Assembly: GCA_020137815.1 (NCBI GenBank)
Contig: CM035357.1
Coordinates: 7,564,001 to 7,628,000 of the forward strand
Length of the DNA stretch: 64,000 nucleotides
Direction of reading: 5' to 3'
DNA from: Hormiphora californensis
Taxonomy: Eukaryota; Animalia; Ctenophora
Shown here: positions 1 to 13,200 of the stretch, in pieces
How positions within the stretch are numbered: position 1 is the stretch's first letter
How the letters are laid out: every line of letters starts with the position of its first letter
Made by a program: the position numbers and the translations under genes
The notes under the pieces: generated by a model
What the model was told of the DNA's origin: nothing
The model's database searches: none
The model's input: only the letters and a program-made list of their open reading frames with translations

Positions 1-27
1 TACCTCAGCATGGCAAAGCGTGTGATA

Positions 28-177
28 CAGTCGGACCTCGATTTACCAGCCCCTCGATTTCCCAGAGCCTCGATTTACCGGGAGCATAAACTTCCTCTGG
101 TATAGAGATCGGTATTCACCTCGATTTACTGGGCAAAACTCTACCCCCGAGCATCCCGGTAAATCGGAGTCCGACTG
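28..177. mobile_element. 150-bp MITE, pogo/Tc1-mariner type
   Basis: TA|CAGTCGGACCTCGATTTACC ... GGTAAATCGGAGTCCGACTG|TA: imperfect ~20-bp TIRs, TA flanks, internal CTCGATTT repeats. Related copies at ~9585-9705 and 51635-51682. Confidence 0.8.
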
Positions 178-1062
178 TATCTTATCTGATAATATAACTG
201 TATCATGTGCAGATCGACTTTTTATTTGCATCACGTGATCAGAAAACAAATCGAGGCAGTCTATTTTTTGAAAGATATAACCGCCGATTGAACTTCACCG
301 TGTCTGAGAATGTGTGGGTGTGTTTCAGAACAATGCTTGCTAGTAGGAGGGGGCTTGTTACGTATCTATTCTGGATCCTCTCCAAGAATCAGCAGTACCA
401 GGTCCCTGTTAGTAACAGTACAGTGTTAGTACAGTGTAACAGGGACCTAGGACACCTTTAACAGTGTAACAGTAACACTACCTGTTCCTGTGTGATTCTT
501 GTACTTTGTCAAGACTCAAGCTTTACATTCAGATATAAAATATGAGATCACCACTCACGCTCTTTATATAGGGGTAATATGTGTTACCATGGTGAATAAA
601 TGTCTCTAGGAACTCATATTTTCAACCCTAATTCTTATCGACCTCGCACTCTCACGCTGGTTTGTTGTGTCAAGCAGATTTATCTGTCTCCATTCCTTTG
701 ACCTATTATAATAGGACTGTATAATAGTAGCTGGATTGCTAGGTGCAAGAGTGTCCAGCAACAAGCGAGTTTCCACTTCCCTTAATCACACGTTCCGTCA
801 ATTGCTAACTAAGAAGAGAGAATGAGAGTGTGTGAGAGAGAGAGGATGAGAAAAGAGTGAGTGAGAGAGAATGGATCAACTGCAAGCTTTTTACTGTCCA
901 GCATGCAGCCCATTCTAGCTGTCAGATTGTCAGAACTTGGAAAAGAGAGAGGAAGAGGAAGATAACAGAGTAATGAGAGGAGAGAAAGAGAGAGTCGACA
1001 ATAATTCCGCCCTTGGCCCTTCAAGTACGCTTGTCCAGTGATTCACTCCATTTATCCGTTCC

Positions 1063-1087
1063 TTTTCTCTCTCTTTCTCGGCCTCTT

Positions 1088-1142
<55 letters not shown>

Positions 1143-1350
1143 TCACTACTAGATCACGTGATAAACTTACCACAACATACAAGCGTTACAAGCACTGAGT
1201 TGAGAGAAAGAAAGATAGAGAGCGGGAGAGAGATAAGGAGATAGAGAACGAGAGAGATTGCTGAGAAAATGAGTCGAGAGAAAGAAAAGATAGAGAGAGG
1301 GGAATAGAAAGGGAGAGAGAGAGAGAGAGTTGAAAAATGAGTAAGAAAGA
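1063..1350. repeat. (CT)n then (AG)n microsatellites; similar tracts at 5402-5457, 7140-7252, 22011-22114, 22597-22680, 27119-27227, 39270-39330
   Basis: Visible dinucleotide runs; they generate the SLSL/RERE ORFs in the track. Confidence 0.95.
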
Positions 1351-2271
1351 GAAGGTCCTGCTTGATGATTGTGCACTTGTTATTTAGCTACTACTCTCAT
1401 TATTTCTCACAGTCTCATGTTGCTTCCAATTTGTTGGTGAGAAACACGTGTGTGTGGAGATTTGAACCTCGTTTGTATCTAAATTGGGTCCAGGTTTGGG
1501 TTAGGTATTCATGAGAAGGAACATTCGGGAACCTAATAGGGTCTCTGAACCGAGTAAGTTGATTTCTTGGCCTCAGATTGAACAGTTTTGGTTTTATTTA
1601 GATTAGAAAGTTTTGAATCAAACTGAACTATTTATTCAACTTGCACTTGTTTATTTCCGATCAGGGTTTTGCTTATTATTCTCAAGGTAATATATGGTGC
1701 CTTTTTTCAGAAAAGTTTGCTCGTGGTTCTGGCAAGTCTCTCTACTACACTCTCGCATCATCAACTGTCCTTGAAAAGACATCGAACAAGTGAGTGCAGT
1801 ACCACAATTGATCAGCCACACCCTCTCATGTTCTCTTCTACCCCCTTCCCAAAAGAGAGGGGACCTCGTACCGAAACAGAGCAGCATGTGATCCACACAA
1901 ATTTTGCTGATTCGTGTACGAACTTGTAGTGTATACTGGGCCTTGGGTCGTCCTTTGCTAGAACTACATCTTCTCCCATCATGTTTGGAACTCGAATTGT
2001 TAACTCTCGGGCCGAGAGTCTCGGCCGCTACTTTGGGGAGTTCCATGATCAATTATCGGTTATTTATAGATGCACCGACATCCCCGATATACTTTTCACT
2101 AAGTCGACTAATCTTTTGACCATATTATCCATGTAACTTGAGCTAAGTATCCTAGCTGTTCCTAAATTTGACAATAAGTAATCTTTTAACCATGTGTTAT
2201 CCATGTAACTCGTTCATATCAGTGGGAGAGTATCCTAGCTGTTCCTAACGTAAATTCGACAAACAACTCCA

Positions 2272-5200
2272 ATGTTCAGTGGGTGTACCCGGGAATTGGA
2301 TAACGTGTTTCTCTCCGCTGCCAAATACGGGGATATCGATATCCTGTTGAGGACCCTAGAGAGACATAGTATCAACATTAATGTGAGGGATGAGACAAGT
2401 GGAGATACCGCTCTTATCTTAGCAGCCAGGGCTAATAACCCCAAGGTAGAGTCTTATTAATATCCTCCTGACACATTCTTTTGATTGATAACCCCAGTTG
2501 TAGTCAGACTCCGATTTACCCACTCTACCACTCTACGAAAACCTAATCATCTCCTAACCGCAAACTCCATTTATGTGTATTTTGCAGGTAGCAGAGGCTC
2601 TAGTAGAGCGTGGTGCGGATGTGACCATTCTAAACGAGGATGGGAAGGGTGCCCTAGATATGGGATCTAACTACATGAAGCTGGCGATGTTATCCAAGTA
2701 CCCTAAGAACCCTGCCCACCACAGTGTAGCTGTGGTAAAGGCTGCCTGGCAGGGAGATTGGGAGTCACTCAAGAACCTCTTGGTATGTACCAGGCCTGTG
2801 CTTTCAGTCCTCTCAACCCCCAAGCAGTTGGGTTGAGAATAGCCGCATACCACGCTTTATCTTCAATACATTGTTCCATTAAATTAATACTCCTTCATAA
2901 AACAAAGTTTTACTCCTTTGTATAACAAAGTTTTACTCCTTTATAAAGCAATGTTTTACTCCTTCATATATTTCCAGGCAGTAACATCGCCCTACAAGTT
3001 GGTATCCCAAACATCAGAGGAAGGTCTCACCCCGTTACTAGTAGTTACCCGTGACGTCAATAATTTTGTGCGATGTGAGTTCTATTTTTAGCCCTATATT
3101 ACGTTAGAGCTACAGAGCTATTGATTCTGAAGCTGACTCCCACGCAGATTATCAACTTTCAATCAGCACACATTATGTAATCAATTATCATTATCTTAGT
3201 TTAACTATTTCAATTATTCTCCCCCATAACAATAGTTTGTGCTATAACTTACATCCCATCTTTCTTTGCAGTACAAAACTCGGTGAAGCTAACATATGAA
3301 CCTTTAAAAGTTATACAAGAGCTACTGCGACATAGAGCGTAAGTTAACACATACACACGTCACACAACGTTTTACATCATGATTCATCGAGTTTTTAAAA
3401 GTCTGCTTTTGTAGTTTTTATCTTCCGTATAATGCACATTTTCTCTGGTGACCTCATCTTAGCACGACAAGCAGATTGTACTATGTCATAATTCCTTCTC
3501 AGCCACACATGATAACCAATCGACATGTTATGTGAAACCAAAGTTTAGGAAAAATACTCTATTCGTCACCTAATTTGTGCCAGGGACAAACTTAGAACTT
3601 TACACCTAGTATCCTGAATCATCACTACCTAAAACCACACTTGTTTGTTTGTGTGTTATCACCACTGCTGCAGTCATTGCGCTGGCAAGGTGACGATAAA
3701 GACTGATATAACACCTGTGCTATTTCAGGGATGTTAATGCAGCTGATATAGAGGGTCACACTGCCCTGCATTTTGCCACTAGAGTCAATGCACAGAAGTT
3801 GTGTCGGGAGATCGTGAACCTGCTGCTCAGTTACAACCCGCTACTTAGTAAGTGCTGAACTGTACAATTAATATAGGGTCTCTACAGCTGTATCATGTGG
3901 GTCTCTACTGTATCAGGTGGGGGTCTCTACTGTATCATGTGGGGGTCTCGATACACCCTGGATAACCCATCTTCCAGCTATTAACATACCCTACCCCCCC
4001 TCCCCCCCTCCAGACCAGTTAGACAGGACGAACCTAGCTCCACTACACACTGCAGCGGGTAACGATAACGCCCATGTGGTATCAGCACTAGTGGCAGCTG
4101 GTGCAGACCCCAATCTACATGGTATCGGGGGAGCAACCCCTCTACACATTGGGGCTCAGCAAGACAGTGATGATATATGTAGGAGGTAACACAATTAATT
4201 ATTAATTGGGAAAGGGTTTTCTACGCGGTAAATTGAGGTTATTCCAATGTTAAATTACATCATTGCTCTACAGGCTGGTTCTGAGTGGTGCAGATGTGAA
4301 TGCCCTGGACAGAGCCGGCATGACGCCCCTTTGTGTTGCACGGACACCCAGGATACGGGAACTCATGAAATGTAGGTGAAGAGTAATTAATTCACTAATA
4401 TTGTCAGTATATGTATATTAGCTGGGTGTGATGGGGAGGATGACCATTTTGTTGTGCTCCCTCCCAGTGAAGACTATAATAGCTAGGAGACTAAACGTGT
4501 GGAGGGAGTGACCCCTGTGGTGATCTCACGTGGTTCAGAATTTGATCAGGCATCACTCCCTCCACATTTCTCCGCCACGGACGGTGCCATCAGCCCTACA
4601 CAGCTGATCCAGAGACTAAACGTGGTCACTATACATTCCTGATAGTAGCTATAGTTAATGGAGAAACTGCAGTCTGCATTCAATGTGATATTGTTAGGAT
4701 AGTCTGAACTAATGGAGTCTACCAGAACAATATATTATTGAGGGTTATTGAGATGAGTAGGTCTGTCTACTTTACTGAGTCTATTATATAGTATCAACTG
4801 TTCTACAACAAATATTAAAGTCTACAGCTCTAATCAGTAATACGTCATGACGTGTGCATTATTTCCTCTTTACCGGCCCATATTAATTAATATCGCCCTC
4901 CTTTCAGCACTATCCCCCTTGACCCCTAAACCCTCTCCTCACCTCAGCGTTGTTCCTAAAGCTAGCCCAGGACAATGGTCTAGAGGTAAAGCTAGTATAC
5001 GAGGAACTAGCGAACAAGAGAAGATTTAAGAGGTTACTGGATACTACCCCAGCTACCCCTGCTACAATGGTGGAGAGTCCAGTTCAGAGGGAGGAGATCA
5101 TACCCCTACCTGACTACAAACACCTTCAAAAGAGACTTATTCTTGCGTGAGTTTTACTGTTTTACACCTACCACTACTATAAAATACACCTACCACTAGT

Positions 5201-5399
5201 AGTGGTCCACTACTATAAAATATCGGGTCGGTAGAGAGGGCCGCTTTTAAATTAGTGGGCTGGTCTACAGAGTCTGTTCGGAGAGGACAGTCTTTTGTGA
5301 GACGAATATAAAGTTGACGATAAAGTTGATGAAGTGCTGCGTAATTATCTAGTTGTGCAGTACTGGCTTCACCGTCTATTGCATAGCGTCTGGTATTTA

Positions 5400-5451
<52 letters not shown>

Positions 5452-7163
5452 TCTCTCGTGATGACTCACAGGGAAACCACACGTCGCATTCCAAAGAATC
5501 ACCGTGTTAGTTAGGACAAGTTACTAAGAATGCGCGAACAAGTCGCTATGATTACCATCCCTAATCTGCCAAGTCTGAGGGGCGAGGTTCGGTATAACGT
5601 CTGTTTCCCAAGGGAGAGACGAACACAAGTGTTGTTTCCACTTTATAGATCATGCCGCTATGTTCTATTATTCCAAGGAGGGAAAGTTTTGAAAATCAGG
5701 ACTTTTCTAGTTTGCACCAGACCCTTTTATATAGCCCAGTTCTTACTACCTACTTACGTAGTACCTACTAAAATATTATAGCAACATCAATAATACCAAC
5801 AACACTGCAATTCTATATAATTCCCCAGGTCCCAGCCCCGGAAGCACGATTATAGCGGGAGTGCCAGGGTGCCAGCAGTATCCCCTGTTAAAAAGGAACC
5901 CCGGACAGTCACCCTGGACTTCCTCAACCGACCAAGAAAACCAAGTGTCCATGACAAACATATTGTCAGCTTGTAAGTATTGGTCTATAACGGACCTGCA
6001 TGTGCTGTAAAGCTCGATATACAGGCCAAACGAATCAAGCAATTGCCTGATGTTTCTGAATAGAATCTCCTTTCTTCACCAACTTGATTCAGGACTATTC
6101 CAATGAAGCACGTGTGTCCCATATTTAATGCACGTTACAATGCCACATGAGGCGTGTTATTATCCAATAAACTCTAATGAGGTGTTATTATAAATGAACT
6201 GATAGCTGGGGTTGAAATATGCAGAATTACTAAAATTAACAGCAGTTTATCCTGCAATGCTTGTATGTGTTACCTAGACCCTAGTGTTATCAGTATACCG
6301 GCCCTATCAACACCCCCGCACATGTGTCATGTAGTGTTTTGGTACCATGGTACCAGGGTGGGGTAACGTGTCAGACACGTGTCGGGGGAAGAGTGATAGT
6401 GGCAAACTATTTGTTCTGAGAGTCGAGAGAGGAAAAGGGGGATAGATAGAGAGGCTGATAGTTAAGTAATCTGAATCCTCTGGAACATTTCCTCCCCTTC
6501 CAAGTTCCTCCTAAAACCTCACTGCCCCCTTCCAAGTTTCCCCTAAACCTCACTCTCCCATCCAGGTTTCCCAGAATCTCTGAGAAGCGAGGTAGCCACG
6601 CTTCAGTAGAGAACTTCAAGCGATCTACCCCAGTGGAGGTAGGGGTAATGCAGAGGAACACAACACGGTTCCGAGAAATAAACCATCGTCACGGAGTGTT
6701 CATTACACAGAAGCACTCGGTCAAGGGTGACAAATCGAAGAGTAGTACAAGGTAAGTTATACATGGAGTAACCCAGATAAATACATGTAGTGACCCACCA
6801 ACAAACATATATTTTGTAATATTACATGCTTCTCGGTAGTTCATGGTAATAGTCAGTATCACAATTTCTCAATTGGTTATATACGCTGACAGTAAACTCC
6901 TTGATCCATGGATCTGTACATCTAGATCTGTGCTATTTAGCAGGCGTACCCTATTGCCATCCATGTTATACTCCAGTTTTTATCCTTGGCCTCCTGTGTA
7001 CTGCTTGTTGCTTCCTTCGTGTACACGTAGACTCGGAAGGAAGTTGGGGTGATCATATAGGTTGCAGATCCTCCTTTGGGGCGGGGGAAATTGAGTTAGA
7101 ATATGTTTTTTATAATATGTATCTCAGCTATTCACTATCTCTCTTTGACTCTATCTCCCTCAG

Positions 7164-7254
<91 letters not shown>

Positions 7255-10200
7255 GCAGAAATTGGAGCGCTGTGGGATTGGAGGTACCCTGCTAACTTGG
7301 CTGGAATGCTTTCTTTCGAACAGAACCCAAGTTGTGGTGGTCAATGGATGCCACTCCTCACAAGCAAGGGTGTTGTCCGGAGTACCACAGGGCACTGTAC
7401 TGGCGGCACTCCTCTTTCTAATCTACATTAACGACTTACCAACGGTTACTCATTACAGTATGGCGAAGATGTTTGTTGATGACAGCAAAGTCCATAAAAC
7501 AATCACCACTGAGGAGGACAGGTCCTTGCTCCTACAGGACATGAAAAGAATCGAGGAGTGGGCGGAACTGAACAGTATGAAGTTTAATGCTGAGAAGTTC
7601 CAGTTATTGCAGCACGGAAGTAACCTGGAACTTAAAAAACCCTACCAACTGAACCCACAGACTGAAGTGGAAGGATCTGAAGTGGTAAGGGATCTTGGTA
7701 TAAATGTTGATGCGGGCCTATCTTGGAAGTCGCACATAACTGACATTACCAAGAAGGCCAGAAAAATGGCTTCATGGATACTAAGAACATTCCGCACCAG
7801 AGAACCGGATCATATGCTCCAACTCTACAAGTCCTACGTGAGACCTATTTTAGAGTATTGCTCACCACTATGGGATCCTCACCTCATCGGTGAAATTGAA
7901 AGAGTGGAAGCTGTCCAGAGATCTTTTACGTCAACTATCAAAGGTTGTGAGGATCTGGACTACTGGTCTCGCCTTAAAGCCTTGGGTCTTTGGTCGCTCC
8001 AAAGACGAAGAGAGAGGTTCAAAATCCTCACTATGTGGAAGATATGGAAGGGATTTTCCTAACCACGGGGATACAACTTTCCTCCTCTTTCCCCCCCCTC
8101 CCCCCTTTCTCTTCCCCCCCTCCTCCCCCCTTTTTGGGGAAAATTTTTTTTTTGGGGCCCCCGGGGGGGAGGGGGGGAAATTTCAACTTGGGGGAGTTTT
8201 TCTTTAAAACCGCCCTTTTTTGGGGGGTCTGGTCCCCCCCACAAGGGGGGTTTTTCCAAAAAGGGAGTATGGGGATTTTCTAACACTTAAATTTAACCCG
8301 TTTCTAAAGAGGGTGAAGGTTTGGGGGGAAGGGCCTAAAAAATCCCCCCAGGGGCCCCTTTTTCCCGAAAAAAAGGGGGAATTTGGGAACGAACAGAGGT
8401 TTTTTAAAGGGGTTTCCTTTTCCCGGAAGAACCTAAAAAAAACCCTAAACCAAACCCCAAAACTAAAGGGGGTCAAAAAGGGGGGCTTTAAATTTTTGGG
8501 CGGGCCTTCTTAAGGGCCCCAAATTTTTTTCCCCCCCCCCCCTTTTCTGCCCGCCCCCCCTCCATCCCCCCTCTCAATCCTATAAACTTTTGGTTTCCAA
8601 TTCCTCCCTTTTTAAAAAAAAATCTTCCGGTCTTTTTCCCTTCGGTTTAATCCCTGGTCCCCCCTTCCCCCTTTTTTTGGTCCCCCAAAAGGGGGTTTTT
8701 CCCCTCCAGGAAAAAAAAGGGGTTGTCCAACCAGGTTTTAAAACTTCCTTTCCCTAGGCAAGGACGGAGGAGCTTAAACCCCATGAAGAATTAACTCTTC
8801 AAGGTATTCCTCCTTCCTCTTTTCAAACCTTCCCTGCTATCACAATCCCTGGTTCTGCCTATCCTCTTTCTAACTCCCACCCAAAAGATTCGCTTCACTA
8901 AAAACGTAATCCTGCTCCTCCCGGTCTGCCCCCTTAAGTCTCGCGCTCGCCCAAATTTTCGTTCCAAGGTTTCTCTCTCTCTCTCTCTCTCTCTTCATCT
9001 TCTTCCTTCCTCTCCCCCTTTCTCTCCTCTCTCCCCTTCTCCTCCTTCCCTCCCGTCTTCCATCTCTTATCCGGAAATGGTGACCATCTCCTTCAAGATT
9101 TGATACTACGTTGGGGGGAGCTACAAATTCACATGCGGTCATGTCAATGTCAGTTCTAATGCCATGTGTCGTGTAGTCAATCCAATTTGTGTCTCCCTTC
9201 CCTGAAATTAAATTAGAAATTCATTAATTAGTCATTAGCAGAAATTAATAAGATGACATTCAAGTGGAGACGTGTGGTTGCAGTGCGGTGCCATGAAGAA
9301 TGAAGAAACAAGACAACAATCTGCCCCCGATTTACTAACCGGTAGTTCCTGAACAAGTTCTCAGACAAAGACTCCGTCCCTCTGTACCATCATTATCATT
9401 TACAAGCAGAATATCAGCGCTGACCAGCGCTATTGCCAGTAGAACAAGAGAAACAACTCGCAGCATTCTAGAAAATCAACTTATAGTTTCTCCGTTATAT
9501 CTTCTCGGTTTATACTAGTTTTACAGCACGGCTAATGTTGTAAAAGCTCTTAAACGAATTCTATATAGCTATTTCGGTCAGGCCCCCGATTTACCGATCT
9601 TATGGTGGGAAGTGTAGCTTTGTGATTCAGGGCGAAGGCTAGATCATTGTTAACCCCTATATCGGGAGAACTTATTATCCGCCCGGTATATCGGGGTCTG
9701 ACTGCAGTGCAGTACGGTGGTCGATGCCACCAGAGGTCATGGCTGGGGATCTGCCTCATTAGATTACAACTGGTTTGCTAGTTCCCGTAGAACTGGGGCG
9801 ATCGGAAATCTAGGGATCCGTCTCTCTCTGATCTCTCTGATATCCCTCCCCCCTCTCACTTGTAACACAAATTTAATGTCAGTAGGTCGAAACCACCGCT
9901 CCCAAAACACACGTGCGGCTATGTTGAGAGGAGAAGTGGGAGTGCTAAGACAAGGAAATCAATCCTCAGTGACTGTACCTCATCTCAAAACAACAACAAC
10001 ACCACAGTAGAAACTACTGAACAGTGGCTACCAGGTAACTGATCTTACCATGGTTACCATGGTTACCATAGTTGGTTACCAAAGTTGGTTACCATAGTTA
10101 CTTGGTTACCAAGTAACTATGCAATGGTAACTAAGTAAGGTCATAATCGGTTAACATATCATATGTTAACAAACTTTGTCTCAGGTGCACCCTATATTTT

Positions 10201-13200
10201 GGGAGAATCAGAAAACTCCCGTCCTACAAGTGCAGTAACGGGATCCTCCGCGTCCTCTGTGACTGCACGGGGTCATCTTACCCACCTGTTAAAGAGCATA
10301 ATGGGAACCAGTGGCTTTGATGAGAACCTGGTGGATCGATATGTCTCACAGCAACGTAGGTGGAGTGAGACAGAGACAGAGACAGAGATTTAATTACTAA
10401 AACCTGCCCTGCTTACCCTCACCCCCTCCAGGTCCTGTTCGTGTTCGTGAAATGAACTTTGTTGATTTCCTCCTCCAAGACACAGACCAGGACCGGCTGA
10501 GCGAGGCTAGTACCCAGAACTACTCCTCTGAGTGCTCCTCCCTATCTGGTCTTGTATCCCCGACCACTACAGTGGCAGAGACAACTCCTGCAATGGTTAA
10601 CCTACCCCAACTGGCAGCGAGGCCCCAGCCCCAGGCACCCAAACCAGGGGATCAAGATGTAGGGGGTGTGGAGCGGAAAAGAGCGGGGTCCATATCACGT
10701 GATCCACTTCTACTTAGGTCAGTACAGATAGTTCGTGTGTTTCACACGTGTATATACATGACACGTGTTGCAGCTCGTTAGGTGCGAGTTTACTGAACAT
10801 CGGTAGTTAATTGTTGACACAGTCAATCAAAATTACAATTGATTAATTTCATCTTTACCCCTCAGGAAGGGTTCGAAGGAGTCGCTAAAAGATATCCCCA
10901 TAGTGAATATCTCCTCTCCATTCTCCTCGCCATCTACAGAGAACCCACGGCTAACCTCTGGGAGGTCCTCCAAGGACAGCGCTTACGGCTCCATGGCAAC
11001 ACTACGGGGGTCTGCTGAGGAGGAACAACCCCCAAAACACATAACAGCCATTGTGGTACAGCAGGATGGGGCTGTGGTGGTGAACAGTAGAGATGAGGGG
11101 GAGGGGGAGGAGGAGGGGGTTACCCCAAGAGAGGAGGAGGAGGAGGAGGAGGAAGGGCAGACAATCACACCAACACCACCACACGAGGAGGATGCATCAC
11201 CTGCAGTAGTTGAGGAGCTGGTAGAGCAGCCCCCTCCAGAGAAACCAATATTAGGTGTTAACAATATCGGGGTGCTAAAGGGATACAAAGTAAAGGCGTT
11301 GCAGAAACCACGGCCTGTTGCCACATCCCAGAATCAGCTTAAAACTGGTGGCAAAGTTGGGAAAGGGAAAAAGGGAGCACTCAAATTCAACCAAAAGTTG
11401 CCCCAGGTATGTGACCCGTGCTCCTTTCTATATGATTCTGTGCATATGATTCTGTGCATATGATTCAATATGATTATGTGTAATATGTGTATGTGATTGA
11501 CACACTCCAACCAATTATGTGTGTATTTGTCCCTGTTATAGATCAAGGAGGAGAAGATAAGAAGAGATCATTCGGCACTGTCTCGACTTAAAAGGGCTGA
11601 TAAGAGACATTTAAAAAGCGCAAAAAGTGGCTCTTCTGAGTCATCATCAGGTGTTACCAATACATCGGTGAGTACCACTGAACCATGGCTACCAATGGCA
11701 CGAGTTTTCAATTCTGCCGGAAATGCCAATTTTCGCTTTCTGCCGATCTGAATCATGTCTCATCCTAAATCCTGTGTATAATACCGATCAATACGGGAAA
11801 AGCGAAACCCTAGTTTTGATCGTTGTTTTGAAACTTGTAACGCTAAGTTAGAATCTTTGGAAAGTATTTGTAGGGTATCCCAATCGTGCATAAAACCCCA
11901 TCCAATTAGTAGATTCAATGTGTATCCAATTAGCGCTCTCTGTAATATGTCTTCTCATAGATATTGCTTCTCCCGTGATGACGTGATCAAAACTAAACCT
12001 CCTAATTTCAGGATCCCTCTACTGTCCGACCCTCTACCACACTCACCAAAACACGACCAATTGTTGGGCTGCAGCAGCGACCTAAAACTGTTGGACCAGG
12101 ACCTACCGACAAACAAACACACAAATCAGGAGAGAATAGTACTGTGACACCTGAAGTTATCAATACGGAACTTAAGGACATAACCAGAAAATACAATCCC
12201 AGTTTACTAAAGAAGCTGGCTGTTGTAAAGGATTTGGATACCTTGGTAAGTTGCATAAGTAGTGCATTATAAGTGCAAGTGAATAATTGTACTTCATTAC
12301 TTTTATTGTCTCGGTAGATCGCGCGACACAGTGACTCAATTGGGAATGCAAAGTTTGGTGCCCCCCTCTCCTCTCCAATTCATTCCCCAGACTATCCTTT
12401 ACCCTGTAGTACAGGGTAATATAAAGGAAAGTCTTGCTTTATTATAACCAGGGTACAGGGCCTGTACCCTGGTTATAATAAAGCAATACTTTCCCTTAAC
12501 AGTTTAAAAAGAGACAAATATCCCTTTTCCTACGAATATTTCTAAACCGCACCAATACGTAATTTAAGTTGCTTTCATTGGCTTTGAGCAGCGTCTAGAC
12601 AGTCTCCTCGTCCCAGGTCTAAGACGCCCCACTCCACCTCTCTCCCCTCCCAGGTTCAAGACGCCCCACTCCACCTCTCTCCCCTCCCAGGTTCAAGACG
12701 CCCCACTCCACCTCTCTCCCCTCCCAGGTTCAAGACGCCCCACTCCACCTCTCCCCCTCCCCCCAGGTTCAAGACGCCCCACTCCACCTCTCTCCCCTCC
12801 CAGGTTCAAGACGCCCCACTCCACCTCTCTGCGGTGGACGAGTCCAGTCAAGAGCGGAGTCCGGCTACCCCCCACGTGACCCCTCCAACACCCCAACTGG
12901 CACAACCTGCTGCACACCATCATGGTCCAAACCACTTTGCAGATACCAGATCTGTATTGAGTGAGCGGAGATCAGTCCTTACCAGCTTCACAGGTACATT
13001 GAATATGATAATTAATTATAATTAGGTAAATCAATTACAACTATCAATTAATTAACGGGTAACTTAACACCAGGAACAACTAAGATTGAGAGTATAATGG
13101 GTGACACCACACAATGGTTAAAGGGCCGGTTACTGGGTACTGGGGCTACTGGGAAGGTTTGGCATGGTGTTACCCAGGAGAAGATTGATGTAGCGGTCAA

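Noticed and set aside
809-1376. SLSL/RERE ORFs here and at 5137, 6901, 15456, 22592, 26981, 55058
   Set aside because: Products of (CT/AG)n microsatellites.
8063-8830. G/C-run-rich ORFs and potential G-quadruplexes
   Set aside because: The pattern is typical of degraded read ends.
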